NCBI GenBank assembly: GCA_037139735.1
Contig: JBAXFU010000001.1
Coordinates: 4,603-68,602, forward strand
From: Phycisphaerae bacterium
GTDB lineage: Bacteria; Planctomycetota; Phycisphaerae; Phycisphaerales; UBA1924
Length of the DNA stretch: 64,000 nt
Direction: 5' to 3'
Shown: positions 27,889-37,264 of the stretch, in pieces
Layout: every line of letters begins with the position of its first letter
Position numbering within the stretch: the first letter of the stretch is position 1
Translations under genes and position numbers: made by a program
Notes under the pieces: generated by a model
What the model saw: the letters and a program-made list of their open reading frames with translations, nothing else
Database searches by the model: none
Told to the model about the DNA's origin: nothing

Positions 27889-30621
27889 ATGCGTCACGTC
27901 CGTCTCGCCACCGTTGCGCTCGCGTCGCTCGCGGGCGCCTGCGTCGCCCAACCCATCGTCTTCACCGAGTGGAACTTCAACGCGTTCCCTTCCAGCCAGA
28001 TCAACAACAACCCAGCCCCCAGCACCGGCCGCGGCGTCGCCTCGCCGTTGGGGATGACCAACAACTACCTCTTCTTCACCAGCCCCCAGCGCACCGGCTC
28101 GTTCACCATGTGCGACGCCACCTCGGCGGGCGCCAGTTCCGACACCGCCTCCTCGCCCAACCAGTGCTGGCGCGTTCGCGGCAGCTACGACAACACGCTC
28201 GCCAACGCGGGGGTGGGCTGGAGCATTTTCGCGCCCCAGTACAGCCAAGGCGCTGAGTTCGCCGTCAGCACCGTCAACTACACCGGCGTCTCCTTCTCCT
28301 TCGACTGGTTCACGACCAACCAGGGCGTGCGCCACATGCAGGTCCGCTACTCGACCGATGCGGGCGCGACATGGAACAACCTCGGCCCCGTGCGGGTCAG
28401 CGCCACCAACGGGTGGGTGAACGGCATCGTCGTCGACCTCTCCTCGATTCCGGCCGTCAACAACAATCCGAACTTCCGCGTTCGCCTCGTCTCGACCTTC
28501 GATCCGGCCCCCGCGTATTCGTGGACGCAGGGCTTCGCCTACACCGGCGCGTCGGGCGGGCAGTACAACAACGCCTCGGGCAACTGGCGGTTCGACAAGG
28601 TCGCCTTCAGGGGAACCCCCATCGGACCGGTGCCCCCCGCGGGCACCGCCGCCGTCGACTCCCCGGCCGTCTGCTCCTCCGGCGGCCAACTCACCTTCAC
28701 GGTCTCGACGGTCGCCGGCGCGGCGCCTCCGAGCACGGGCATGACCGTGACGGGCAACCTCGCCGGACTGGGTCTCTCGGCCACCCAGAGTTTCTTCGAC
28801 AACGGCACCAACGGCGACCAGTTCGCCGGTGACGGCGTCTTCACGTACGTCGCCACGGTGCCTGCGGGACGGCCGCTGGGCACCGTCACCGTGCCCGTGT
28901 CGATCGCCGACGCGCAGGGCCGCTCCGCCTCCGCGTCCGCCAGCGTCGCCGTCGGAAACTGCTCGGCGACCTCGACTGCACGCGTCGTCGTCAGCCAAGT
29001 CTTCGGCGGCGGCGGCAACCTCGGCGCCACCCCCAGCCAGGACTCGCCCTACGACGCCGACTTCGTCGAGATCTACAACCGCTCCACGCAGGCCGTCGAC
29101 CTGACCGGCTGGTCGGTCCAGTACTCCAGCCCCGGCAAGCTCACGGGCTTCGACAACACCGAGGATCGCGTCAACCTTGCCGGCCCCATCCTCCCCGGCC
29201 AGGCCATGTTGGTTCGCATGAGCGATCCCATCCCGGGCTTCGGGCCGCTCCCCACGCCCGACTTCGCTCAGTTGCCCGGATTCGGCGGCATGGGCAACAC
29301 CGGCGGCCGCGTGGCCCTCGTGCGCTCCACCTCCCTCCTTGGCACCAACTACTCCCGCGTCGACATCGAGGACTTCGTCGGCTACGGCACCGCGGCGATC
29401 TCCTTCGAGGGCGTGGCCCCCACCGCTTCGACGGCCAACAACACGGCCGCCATCCGCAAGACCGGCGGCTCGCAGGATACGAACCAGAACTTCAACGACT
29501 TCACGATCGGCACGCCGACGCCTCGCAACCGGGCCTCCAACGGCTTCCTGGCCGGCACGCCTTCGTCGAACGTCGCCGCCGCGTGTGCGGGCACTGACGT
29601 CGTGCTCCGCGTGGCCGTGGTTCCCGGCGCCACCAGCACCGGCATCACCGTGACCGCCAACGTCGCCGACATCTCCGGCAGTTCGGTGCCGGTCGTCCTT
29701 CGCGACAACGGCACCGGCGGCGATCAGACGCCCGGCGACGGGATCTTCTCCGCCACCTACACCGTTCCCCCCAGCGCCACGCAGGGTCAGCGGACGATCG
29801 TCTTCACCACCACCGACCTGCAAGGCCGCTCGGATGTGAGCCGCCTGCCCTTCGCCGTGGCAGTCTGCCTGGCGAACAACACGCAAGTGGTGATCTCGCA
29901 GGTGTACGGCGGCGGCGGCAACAACGGATCCGGATTCAACGGCGACTTCGCCGAGATCTTCAACCGCTCCGGCACGCCCGTCGATCTGACCGGATGGAGC
30001 TTCCAGTCCGCCCGCGTCAGCGATCAGGGTTTCGACAGCCGCATCGCCTTCCTGAGCGGCGTCATCAACCCCGGTGAGTACCGACTCATCGTGACCAACC
30101 AGCTCTCGCCGACGGGCGCGACGCTGCCTGCCGCGGACTTCGCACCCGCCACGGCCTTCGGCATGGAAAGCAGCTTCGGCCGCGTGGCGCTCGTCTCGTC
30201 GACCGTGCTGGTGGGCTCTCAGTACGACCGTCCTGACGTCGTCGACCTCGTCGGATACGGGCAGCTCGCTCAGTCGTTCGAGGGCGTGGCCCCGACGCCC
30301 GCCTTGAGCGACGTGCACGTGGCGGTTCGCAAGTCGGGCGGCTGCCAGGACACCAACCAGAACGCCATCGACTTTGATGTCGTTCTCGCCCTCCAACTCC
30401 CCCGCAACAGCATGACGCCCGCGTCGATCTGCCCCGGCGTCAGCATCTGCGGGTGCGCCGCCGACTACAACGCCGATGGCGGCGTCGACGGCTCGGACGT
30501 CGGCGCCTTCTTCATCGATTGGGAATCCGCCGCCGGGTGCTCCGACGTCAACCAGGACGGCGGCGTCGACGGCTCGGACATCGAGTCCTTCTTCGCGGTG
30601 TGGGAGCGGGGCGGCTGCTGA
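27889..30621 (+). CDS. Large secreted protein with two lamin-tail (LTD) domains and C-terminal dockerin-like module
   Basis: Signal MRHVRLATVALASLAGACVAQ. Two copies of [Ig-like DNGT.GDQ..GDG(V/I)F + LTD SQV(F/Y)GGGGN...DF(V/A)EI(Y/F)NRS...DLTGWS.Q]. Tail CGCAADYNADGGVDGSD...VWERGGC. Confidence 0.85.
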   Translation: MRHVRLATVALASLAGACVAQPIVFTEWNFNAFPSSQINNNPAPSTGRGVASPLGMTNNYLFFTSPQRTGSFTMCDATSAGASSDTASSPNQCWRVRGSYDNTLANAGVGWSIFAPQYSQGAEFAVSTVNYTGVSFSFDWFTTNQGVRHMQVRYSTDAGATWNNLGPVRVSATNGWVNGIVVDLSSIPAVNNNPNFRVRLVSTFDPAPAYSWTQGFAYTGASGGQYNNASGNWRFDKVAFRGTPIGPVPPAGTAAVDSPAVCSSGGQLTFTVSTVAGAAPPSTGMTVTGNLAGLGLSATQSFFDNGTNGDQFAGDGVFTYVATVPAGRPLGTVTVPVSIADAQGRSASASASVAVGNCSATSTARVVVSQVFGGGGNLGATPSQDSPYDADFVEIYNRSTQAVDLTGWSVQYSSPGKLTGFDNTEDRVNLAGPILPGQAMLVRMSDPIPGFGPLPTPDFAQLPGFGGMGNTGGRVALVRSTSLLGTNYSRVDIEDFVGYGTAAISFEGVAPTASTANNTAAIRKTGGSQDTNQNFNDFTIGTPTPRNRASNGFLAGTPSSNVAAACAGTDVVLRVAVVPGATSTGITVTANVADISGSSVPVVLRDNGTGGDQTPGDGIFSATYTVPPSATQGQRTIVFTTTDLQGRSDVSRLPFAVAVCLANNTQVVISQVYGGGGNNGSGFNGDFAEIFNRSGTPVDLTGWSFQSARVSDQGFDSRIAFLSGVINPGEYRLIVTNQLSPTGATLPAADFAPATAFGMESSFGRVALVSSTVLVGSQYDRPDVVDLVGYGQLAQSFEGVAPTPALSDVHVAVRKSGGCQDTNQNAIDFDVVLALQLPRNSMTPASICPGVSICGCAADYNADGGVDGSDVGAFFIDWESAAGCSDVNQDGGVDGSDIESFFAVWERGGC

Positions 30622-30659
30622 GCAGGCCCCTTGCCCTGAATGGCGTTCGTGAATGACAG

Positions 30660-30688
30660 AGGGCGGGCCTTGGGGCCCGCCCTTTTCG
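30660..30688. terminator. Bidirectional intrinsic terminator between convergent genes
   Basis: agggcgggcc-ttgg-ggcccgccct followed by tttcg on the plus strand. Lies between the LTD gene stop (30621) and the lipB stop (30692). Confidence 0.65.
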
Positions 30689-30691
30689 CAT

Positions 30692-31402
30692 TCACGGGGA
30701 GTCGCCCGAAGCGGCGGCGCGGCGCCGCGCCGCGACCGACTCGGCGCGTTCGAGGAGCATCTCGCGAAGTTCCGACGCGATGCGTTCGCCGGCCTCTCGC
30801 ACGCCGGGGGCGGCGGCACCAAGCAGTCGCTGCAGCGACGTCACGCCGCGACCCGCCAAGCCGCAGGGGACGATGTGGTCAAAGTGGCGGAGGTCGGTGC
30901 TGACGTTGATCGCCAAACCGTGCATCGAGACCCACTTTCGGACGCGCACGCCCATGGCGCACAGCTTCGCGCCGCCCACCCAGACGCCGGTGGCGGAGGG
31001 GTCCCGTTCAGCGGCGACGCCCCACGAGGCGCACGCCCTGATCACGGATTCCTCGAGCAGTCGCATGTAGTCATGGAGCCCAAGATTGAAGATGTTGAGA
31101 TCGATGTTCGGATAGGCGACGAGTTGGCCGGGCCCGTGGTATGTGATGTCGCCGCCGCGATCGGTCTCCCTGACCTCGATGCCGTCGGCGACCAATCGCT
31201 GCGGCAGGGCAAGCAGATGCGAAGCCGCCTCGCGGCGTCGGGAAATGGTGATCACCGCCGGAACGTGTTCGAGCAGGTGAATGGTGCCTTGGTCGCCGCC
31301 GGAATCCCGCGCGGCGACCACTTCCTCGACCCTGGCGGCCTGCATGGCGTACCCATGGTCGTACGAGCAGGGGCCCACCCAAATGACATCGAGTCGCCTC
31401 AC
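30692..31402 (-). CDS. lipB: Lipoyl(octanoyl) transferase
   Basis: Hallmark RGGDITYHGPGQLVAYP and the C-terminal catalytic region IVPCGL. GTG start. Confidence 0.9.
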   Translation of the reverse strand: MRRLDVIWVGPCSYDHGYAMQAARVEEVVAARDSGGDQGTIHLLEHVPAVITISRRREAASHLLALPQRLVADGIEVRETDRGGDITYHGPGQLVAYPNIDLNIFNLGLHDYMRLLEESVIRACASWGVAAERDPSATGVWVGGAKLCAMGVRVRKWVSMHGLAINVSTDLRHFDHIVPCGLAGRGVTSLQRLLGAAAPGVREAGERIASELREMLLERAESVAARRRAAASGDSP

Positions 31403-31786
31403 GGCGGATGGTACCGTCGCGGCCGAGGAACGGGAGCGTACAGAAAACGAACGGCCCGAGGGAGGCCCCGCGGCACGGCAACGGTCATCGCGGGCGGGGT
31501 TTGATCCTGCGACGCGTCATCACTATCATTCCCCGAAGCGTCGGGAACCCTCGGGACGGTGTGTCACCGGTCCAAGGGCCCCGAGAGAGCAACAGCATGT
31601 CCCTCATGGTTCCCACCCATGTTCTCTAACCGGCCCACGGCACGACAGGCGCGTCGGCTTCGACGCGCGTGGTGGCCGAGCCGAATCCCGCGGGGGACGC
31701 TCATGACGTGAACGACGCGTGCGAAGCACGAGTCGGTCTCGCGAGCGGACCCGGGGGAGACGGTGTCCGGGCGCGAGGCGTGGCGG

Positions 31787-31821
31787 GAACCACAGGCCAG
31801 GCTTGTGGTTCTTTCGTTTTT
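31787..31821 (+). terminator. Leader hairpin plus U-tract upstream of nusA (candidate attenuator)
   Basis: gaaccaca(ggc-cag-gct)tgtggttc followed by tttcgttttt, 63 nt upstream of the nusA ATG. Confidence 0.6.
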
Positions 31822-31883
31822 CCCGGCGCGACAACTCGGACATCCAGACATCCAGCGCAGCAAGCAGGAAAGGCAACGAAGAG

Positions 31884-33221
31884 ATGAACGCCAAGGAAAT
31901 GATGCAGATCCTCGACGGAATCGCCCGCGAGCGCAACATCGACAAGTCGGTTCTGATCCGCGACCTCGAGCAGGCGATGATTTCCGCCGCTCGCAAGTAC
32001 TTCAACACGCTCGACACCGAGGAGTTCGACTGCAAGCTCGATCCGGTGGGAGGCGTCTTCCAGATGACCCGCCACGGGGAACCGCTCGACATGCCGCCCG
32101 TGGCCTTCGGGCGGATCGCGGCCCAGACCTTCAAGCAGGTGATGATCCAGAAGTTCCGCGACGACGAGCGGACGAGCATCCTTGACGAGTTCTCGAAGCG
32201 GATCGGCGAGATCGTGACCGGCACCGCGCAGCGATACGAGGGCGGCAGCCTGGTCGTGACGATCGACCGGGCGGAAGGGTTCATGCCCCGCAGCGAGCAG
32301 ATTCCCGGCGAGCAGTTCGCGGCCGGCGACCGCGTCCGCTGCCTCATCCTCGACGTTCGCGACGCGGGCAGCCAGGTGAAGATCGTGTTGTCGCGGGCAA
32401 ACCCCGACTTCATCAAGAAGCTCTTCGAGGTCGAGGTGCCCGAGGTCGCCGAGAAGATCATCGAAGTCAAGGCCATGGCTCGCGAGCCCGGCTACCGGAC
32501 GAAGATCGCCGTCTCGTCGATCGACAGCAAGGTCGATGCCGTGGGCGCGTGCGTGGGCGTCCGGGGCAGCCGCATCAAGAACATCGTCGACGAACTCAAC
32601 GGCGAGAAGATCGACATCGTCCGCTGGAACGAGTCGTCGCAGATCCTGATCCAGAACGCGCTCAAGCCCGCCGAGGTGGCCGAGATCTCGCTCTGCTTCG
32701 AACTCGGTCGCGCCACGGTGGTCGTTCGCGACGACCAACTCAGCTTGGCGATCGGCAAGCGGGGCCAGAACGTCCGCCTCGCGGCACGGCTGACCGGCTG
32801 GGACGTCGACATCCTGACCCCCGACGAGTTCCGCAAGGGCCTCGAGATCATGTACTCGACCGTGCAGTCGGTCGAGGGCATCTCCGAGCAGATGGCCGAC
32901 AAACTCGCCGCCCTGGGCATGGTGAGCGTCTTCGACATCGAGGAGGTCGGTGCCGAGGTGATCTGCGAGGAACTCGAGATCTCGCCGGAGGTCGCGGCCC
33001 AAATGATCGAAACCTGCTCGGTCAAGGCCAAGGAAGTGGCCGCGCAGCAGCAGAAGGACAAGGAAGAGAAGGAACGCAAGGCACGCGAGGAGGCCGCGAT
33101 GGCCCAGTCCGTGCTTGGCGCCTTGACGGCCGGCGAGGCGGCTTCGGGTGAGACGCCCGCGGCAGGAACGCCGGCGGAGCCCGATGCCCAGGCGCGTGCC
33201 GCGGACATCCTCGGCGGCTGA
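31884..33221 (+). CDS. nusA: Transcription termination/antitermination factor NusA
   Basis: ATG at 31884 (MNAKEMMQILDGIARERNI). S1 and KH motifs VGACVGVRGSRIKNIVDEL and AIGKRGQNVRLAARLTGW. Confidence 0.95.
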   Translation: MNAKEMMQILDGIARERNIDKSVLIRDLEQAMISAARKYFNTLDTEEFDCKLDPVGGVFQMTRHGEPLDMPPVAFGRIAAQTFKQVMIQKFRDDERTSILDEFSKRIGEIVTGTAQRYEGGSLVVTIDRAEGFMPRSEQIPGEQFAAGDRVRCLILDVRDAGSQVKIVLSRANPDFIKKLFEVEVPEVAEKIIEVKAMAREPGYRTKIAVSSIDSKVDAVGACVGVRGSRIKNIVDELNGEKIDIVRWNESSQILIQNALKPAEVAEISLCFELGRATVVVRDDQLSLAIGKRGQNVRLAARLTGWDVDILTPDEFRKGLEIMYSTVQSVEGISEQMADKLAALGMVSVFDIEEVGAEVICEELEISPEVAAQMIETCSVKAKEVAAQQQKDKEEKERKAREEAAMAQSVLGALTAGEAASGETPAAGTPAEPDAQARAADILGG

Positions 33222-33339
33222 CCGGATGCAGTGACGTCAATCGCGCCGGGCCTTGGCGACGAGGCCCGGCGACCTCGGCGAAGTCGGTGGTGGTTGTTCT
33301 CGGTTGGTGCGGCGAACCCTTTATTCGGAGCGTGTCTTT

Positions 33340-36300
33340 TTGGCGGCCAAGCGCATTTTCCAACTCGCGAAGGAACTGGGAGTCGACTCCAAGGTCATGG
33401 TGGCCAAGTGCCAGGCCGAGGACATTCCCAACATCACCAACCACATGTCCGTGGTGCCCATCGGTCTTGAAGCCACGCTGAGGGAGTGGTTCACCAACTC
33501 CTCGGACGGAGGCGTGACGACGACCGTCGAGGCGACCGAGAAGGTCGACATTGCGCAGGCGCGGGCGAAGGCGCCTCGCAGCCGCAAGGCCAAGTCGACG
33601 ACGGACGGTGAAGCCCCGCCCCAGCCCCCGGTCGAGGAGGCTCCTGCCGCCAAGGCCCCCGTCCCGGAGCCGAAGCCATCGACCGCCACCTCCGCGCCGG
33701 TTGGCCCCATCGCCGATCCGACGCTGACCAAGGCCAAGCCGATCACGCCGACCATCGGCACGCCTGCGGCGGCTCCCATGCGGGCCGCCCCGCTTCGCCC
33801 GACGTCTCCGGCGCCCCAGCCTGCCGGCGAAACAGCGCCGACGGCCGCGCCGACGGCCCCCGCAGCCCCCGTGACGCCCGCGGCGACGACTGAAACCCCG
33901 GTGCCCGCAGTTCCTGCAGCACCCGCGGCACCGGCGATCGCCCGATCCTCGATTTCCCAAACCAGGTCGAGCATCAGCCCCGTGGCGACGCGCGTGTCAC
34001 CCCCGCCGCCGCCCGCCAAGATCGAACCCACGGTCCTTCGGCCGGGGGCGATGCCACCCGGGCCGCCACCGACCCCCACCCGCGTGGCTCCGGCGGCACC
34101 TCCGGCGCCCGAAGGCCCCGGCGACGAGGCAGCGTCGGCCACGACACCCGCTCGCCCCGCCACGCCCGCGGCGCCGGCCGCCCGCATCACGCCCGCGCCC
34201 ATGAACGTCCCCTCCCGTCCTCAGGCGGTGACGCCGGCGGGCCCGCGGCTTGAAACCAAGACGCAGGTGCGGATCGCCGGGCCGAAGGTGGTCCGCGTGG
34301 AGGCTCCCGAGCAGGTTCAGGCGCCTCGTCCGCGGCGTGTCGGACCGCCCGGCGCCCCCGGCGCACCCCGTCCGGGAGGCGAGGATGACCGTTCGCGGAG
34401 CCCCCGCCGTCGCGACGTGCCCGGACCGGCGGCGGCGGCGCCCGGCAAGCGGTCGAGCGGCGTCGGCGTGCCCGAGCGTCGTCGAGGCCGGAGCGATTCC
34501 GACTGGGTCGGTTCGACCCGCGGCATCTTCAGCGAGAAGGACCTGATCGAGCGAGAGGAAAAACTCGCTCGATCCGGCGGCTTCCTCAAGAAGCGCAAGC
34601 AGGACGCCGCGAACAGGGCGGCGCATGATCATGCCGACGAAGGGCCCTCCGAGGGGCGGCTCCGCATCGCCGCGCCCTTCACGATCAAGGACCTCTCCGC
34701 AGCGACCGGCGTGAAGGCGTCGGACATCGTGAAGAAGCTCTTCATGCAGGGTGTCATGAAGAAGATCAACGACGCCATCGAACCCGAGAAGGCCATCGAG
34801 ATCATGATGGACTTCGACATCGATCTCGAAGTGACGCAGGCGCAGACCGCCGAAGAGGTGGTGTCGTCCGAGTTCGAGCGTCGCGAGGCCAAGGACCTGC
34901 GGGCCCGCGGGCCCGTGGTGACGATCCTCGGTCACGTCGACCACGGCAAGACGAGCCTGCTGGACCGCATCCGCAACACCAACGTGGCGGCGGGCGAAGC
35001 GGGCGGCATCACCCAGAAAACCAGCGCGTTCGTCGCGAGCGTCGAGGTCGAGGGCAGGACGCGCGAGGTGGTCTTCCTGGACACCCCGGGTCACGAGGCC
35101 TTCACCAGCATGCGTTCGCGCGGCGCGAAGATGACCGACGTGGTGGTGCTGGTGGTGTCGGCGCCCGAGGGCGTGATGCCCCAGACCATCGAGAGCATCA
35201 ACCACGCCAAGGCGGCGAAGGTGCCGATCGTCGTGGCGCTCAACAAGATCGACCGCCCCGACGCGACCGAGTCGCAGGTGCAGAAGACGCTGGGGCAACT
35301 CGCCGCGGCGGGGCTCAATCCCACCGAATGGGGCGGCGACACCGAAGTGATCCGCACCAGCGCCACGACCGGGCAAGGGGTCAAGGAGCTGCTCGAGGCC
35401 CTTGATTACCAGTCGCAGTTGCTTGAACTCAAGGCCGACTTCGCCGGCGCGGGCCAGGGCGTCGTGGTCGAATCGAAGATGGAGGAGGGCCGCGGCGCGG
35501 TCGCCAGCATCCTCGTCCAGCAAGGCCTTCTCAAGGTCGGCGACTTCATCGTGATGGGGCGGTCCTTCGGCCGCGTTCGCGACATCTCCGACGACAAGGG
35601 TCGCCGCGTGAAGGAGGCCAGCCCCCCGCTGCCGGTGCAGGTCTCGGGCATCGACGAGGTGTGCGACGCGGGCGACAAGTTCTACGTGGTCGACTCGCTC
35701 AAGAAGGCCCAGGAGGCCGCCGAGCAGCGGCGTCAGCGCGAGCGTCACGTCGCGTTGGCCCAGCCGCGGGTCACGCTCGACAACATCTTCACGCAGATCA
35801 CCGACAGGGAGGTCAAGGAGATCCTGGTGGTCCTCAAGACCGACCAGCAGGGCACTGTGGACGTGCTCAAGGGCGAGTGCGAGAAGGTCAAGGGGACCGA
35901 AGTCAAGGTCCGCGTGCTGCACGCCGCCGTCGGCGGCATCACGGAGAGCGACGTGCTCCTCGCCGACGCCTCCAAGGCCATCATCATCGGCTTCAACGTC
36001 ATTCCCTCCGGCAAGGCTCGTCAGCTCGCCGAAAGCAAGGGCGTCGAGATCCGCACGTATCAGGTCATCTACGACATCACCGACGACCTCCGCAAGGCCG
36101 CCGAGGGCCTGCTGGCCCCCGAACTCCGCGAAGAGGTGCTCGGTCACGCGGAAGTCCGCCAGGTCTTCAAGATCAGCAAGGTCGGCTCGATCGCCGGTTG
36201 CTACGTCACCGACGGCGTGGTGCAACGCGACGCCCTCATCCGCGTCACCCGCAACGGCGTGGTCATCGAGCACGACCGCAAGCTCGCCCAGCTCAAGCGT

Positions 36301-36429
36301 CTCAAGGACGACGCGAAGGAAGTTCGCATGGGCATGGAGTGCGGCATGAAGATCGACGGGTACGACGACATCAAGGAAGGCGACGTGCTCGAGTGCTACA
36401 AGAAGGTCGAGGTCAAGCGGACGCTCTGA
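33340..36429 (+). CDS. infB: Translation initiation factor IF-2
   Basis: G-domain motifs [20 protein letters not shown] and NKID. N-terminal IF2_[19 protein letters not shown] at 33340 is preceded by GGAG 9 nt upstream. The track start (TTG at 33253) adds a poorly protein-like 29 aa. Confidence 0.9.
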   Translation: MAAKRIFQLAKELGVDSKVMVAKCQAEDIPNITNHMSVVPIGLEATLREWFTNSSDGGVTTTVEATEKVDIAQARAKAPRSRKAKSTTDGEAPPQPPVEEAPAAKAPVPEPKPSTATSAPVGPIADPTLTKAKPITPTIGTPAAAPMRAAPLRPTSPAPQPAGETAPTAAPTAPAAPVTPAATTETPVPAVPAAPAAPAIARSSISQTRSSISPVATRVSPPPPPAKIEPTVLRPGAMPPGPPPTPTRVAPAAPPAPEGPGDEAASATTPARPATPAAPAARITPAPMNVPSRPQAVTPAGPRLETKTQVRIAGPKVVRVEAPEQVQAPRPRRVGPPGAPGAPRPGGEDDRSRSPRRRDVPGPAAAAPGKRSSGVGVPERRRGRSDSDWVGSTRGIFSEKDLIEREEKLARSGGFLKKRKQDAANRAAHDHADEGPSEGRLRIAAPFTIKDLSAATGVKASDIVKKLFMQGVMKKINDAIEPEKAIEIMMDFDIDLEVTQAQTAEEVVSSEFERREAKDLRARGPVVTILGHVDHGKTSLLDRIRNTNVAAGEAGGITQKTSAFVASVEVEGRTREVVFLDTPGHEAFTSMRSRGAKMTDVVVLVVSAPEGVMPQTIESINHAKAAKVPIVVALNKIDRPDATESQVQKTLGQLAAAGLNPTEWGGDTEVIRTSATTGQGVKELLEALDYQSQLLELKADFAGAGQGVVVESKMEEGRGAVASILVQQGLLKVGDFIVMGRSFGRVRDISDDKGRRVKEASPPLPVQVSGIDEVCDAGDKFYVVDSLKKAQEAAEQRRQRERHVALAQPRVTLDNIFTQITDREVKEILVVLKTDQQGTVDVLKGECEKVKGTEVKVRVLHAAVGGITESDVLLADASKAIIIGFNVIPSGKARQLAESKGVEIRTYQVIYDITDDLRKAAEGLLAPELREEVLGHAEVRQVFKISKVGSIAGCYVTDGVVQRDALIRVTRNGVVIEHDRKLAQLKRLKDDAKEVRMGMECGMKIDGYDDIKEGDVLECYKKVEVKRTL

Positions 36430-36461
36430 CGCCCGCAGCGGCCCCGCAAGGGGCGTCCCGA

Positions 36462-36854
36462 ATGCTCATCGCGATCCTCCAGTTCGAACTCCTGATTCAC
36501 GGCGCCGAGTCCCTGAAGGACAAGCGTCGCATCGTGGCCTCGCTGAAGGATCGCCTGCACCGTCACCACATGGCGAGCGTCGCGGAGACCGGACTGCAGG
36601 ATTCCCTCCGCGCCGCCCGCATGGGCGTGGCCGTCGTCGGGTCCGACGCCCTGCATCTGGCGGGCGTGCTCGATCGGATCACCGACCGCATCCGAACCCA
36701 TTCGCACGAGGCCGAACTCGGCGACACCTTCCGAGAGATCATCTCGAACGGCCTGGGCGCCAACGTCGAGGACGAGCCCCAGGAACGGGAACGTCGCGAC
36801 GAGGACCTCGAGGCCGAACTGCTCGCCCGCATCCCGGAGTCGCCACGCCCATGA
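36462..36854 (+). CDS. DUF503 (YlxP-like) protein
   Basis: MLIAILQFELLIHGAESLKDKRRIV is the characteristic DUF503 start. It sits in the conserved position between infB and rbfA. Confidence 0.8.
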   Translation: MLIAILQFELLIHGAESLKDKRRIVASLKDRLHRHHMASVAETGLQDSLRAARMGVAVVGSDALHLAGVLDRITDRIRTHSHEAELGDTFREIISNGLGANVEDEPQERERRDEDLEAELLARIPESPRP

Positions 36855-37264
36855 CCCGTCGGCTCGATCAACTCACGGCCGACGTCGAGCGGGGCGTGCG
36901 AGACGTGCTCGCCCGCGGCCTCGCCGACCCTCGCGTCACCGGCCTCATCACCGTGACCGGCGTTCGCATCCTGCCCGACATGAGCCGGGCGATCATCGAC
37001 ATCTCGATCCTGCCCGAAGACCGTCAGGAACTGACCTTCCACGGCGTCTCGAGCGCCGCCTCGTGGATCCGCCGCGAAGTGGCCGACGTCGTGAGAGCCC
37101 GCACCCTCCCCACGTTCGTCTTCCGCCTCGACACCCGGATGAAAAAGGAGGCCGCCATCATCCGGGAACTCGAACGCGCCAGGCCCCAATCGCCCGCGTC
37201 CGCGAACGAACCGGACCCCGAGTCGGATCCCGATCCTGCGGCCGACGATCCTTCCCGCCCGTGA
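36851..37264 (+). CDS. rbfA: Ribosome-binding factor A
   Basis: RGLADPRVTGLITVTGVRILPDMSRAIIDISIL... is the RbfA pattern. ATGA overlap with DUF503. Confidence 0.85.
   Translation: MTRRLDQLTADVERGVRDVLARGLADPRVTGLITVTGVRILPDMSRAIIDISILPEDRQELTFHGVSSAASWIRREVADVVRARTLPTFVFRLDTRMKKEAAIIRELERARPQSPASANEPDPESDPDPAADDPSRP

Noticed and set aside
27193-30822. 1209-aa minus-strand ORF, the longest in the window
   Set aside because: It is antisense to the pseudopilin and LTD genes. Its translation is dominated by R/G/A/D/V runs with no domain logic, whereas the plus-strand proteins have signal peptides and repeated, recognisable domains.
31403-31883. Searched the nusA leader for rimP or a metY-like tRNA
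   Set aside because: There is no ORF with a RimP-like sequence. The only T-loop-like string (gagccgaatccc) cannot be folded into a cloverleaf.
33997-36273. 758-aa minus-strand ORF. The same applies to 6473-8251(+), 42335-44122(-), 44248-46587(+), 50370-52046(-), 8879-region shadows, 55797-57194(-) and 57236-58288(-).
   Set aside because: All are antisense shadows of well-supported genes (infB, S8 protease, hutH, htrA/panB, ligA, phoD, DNRLRE).
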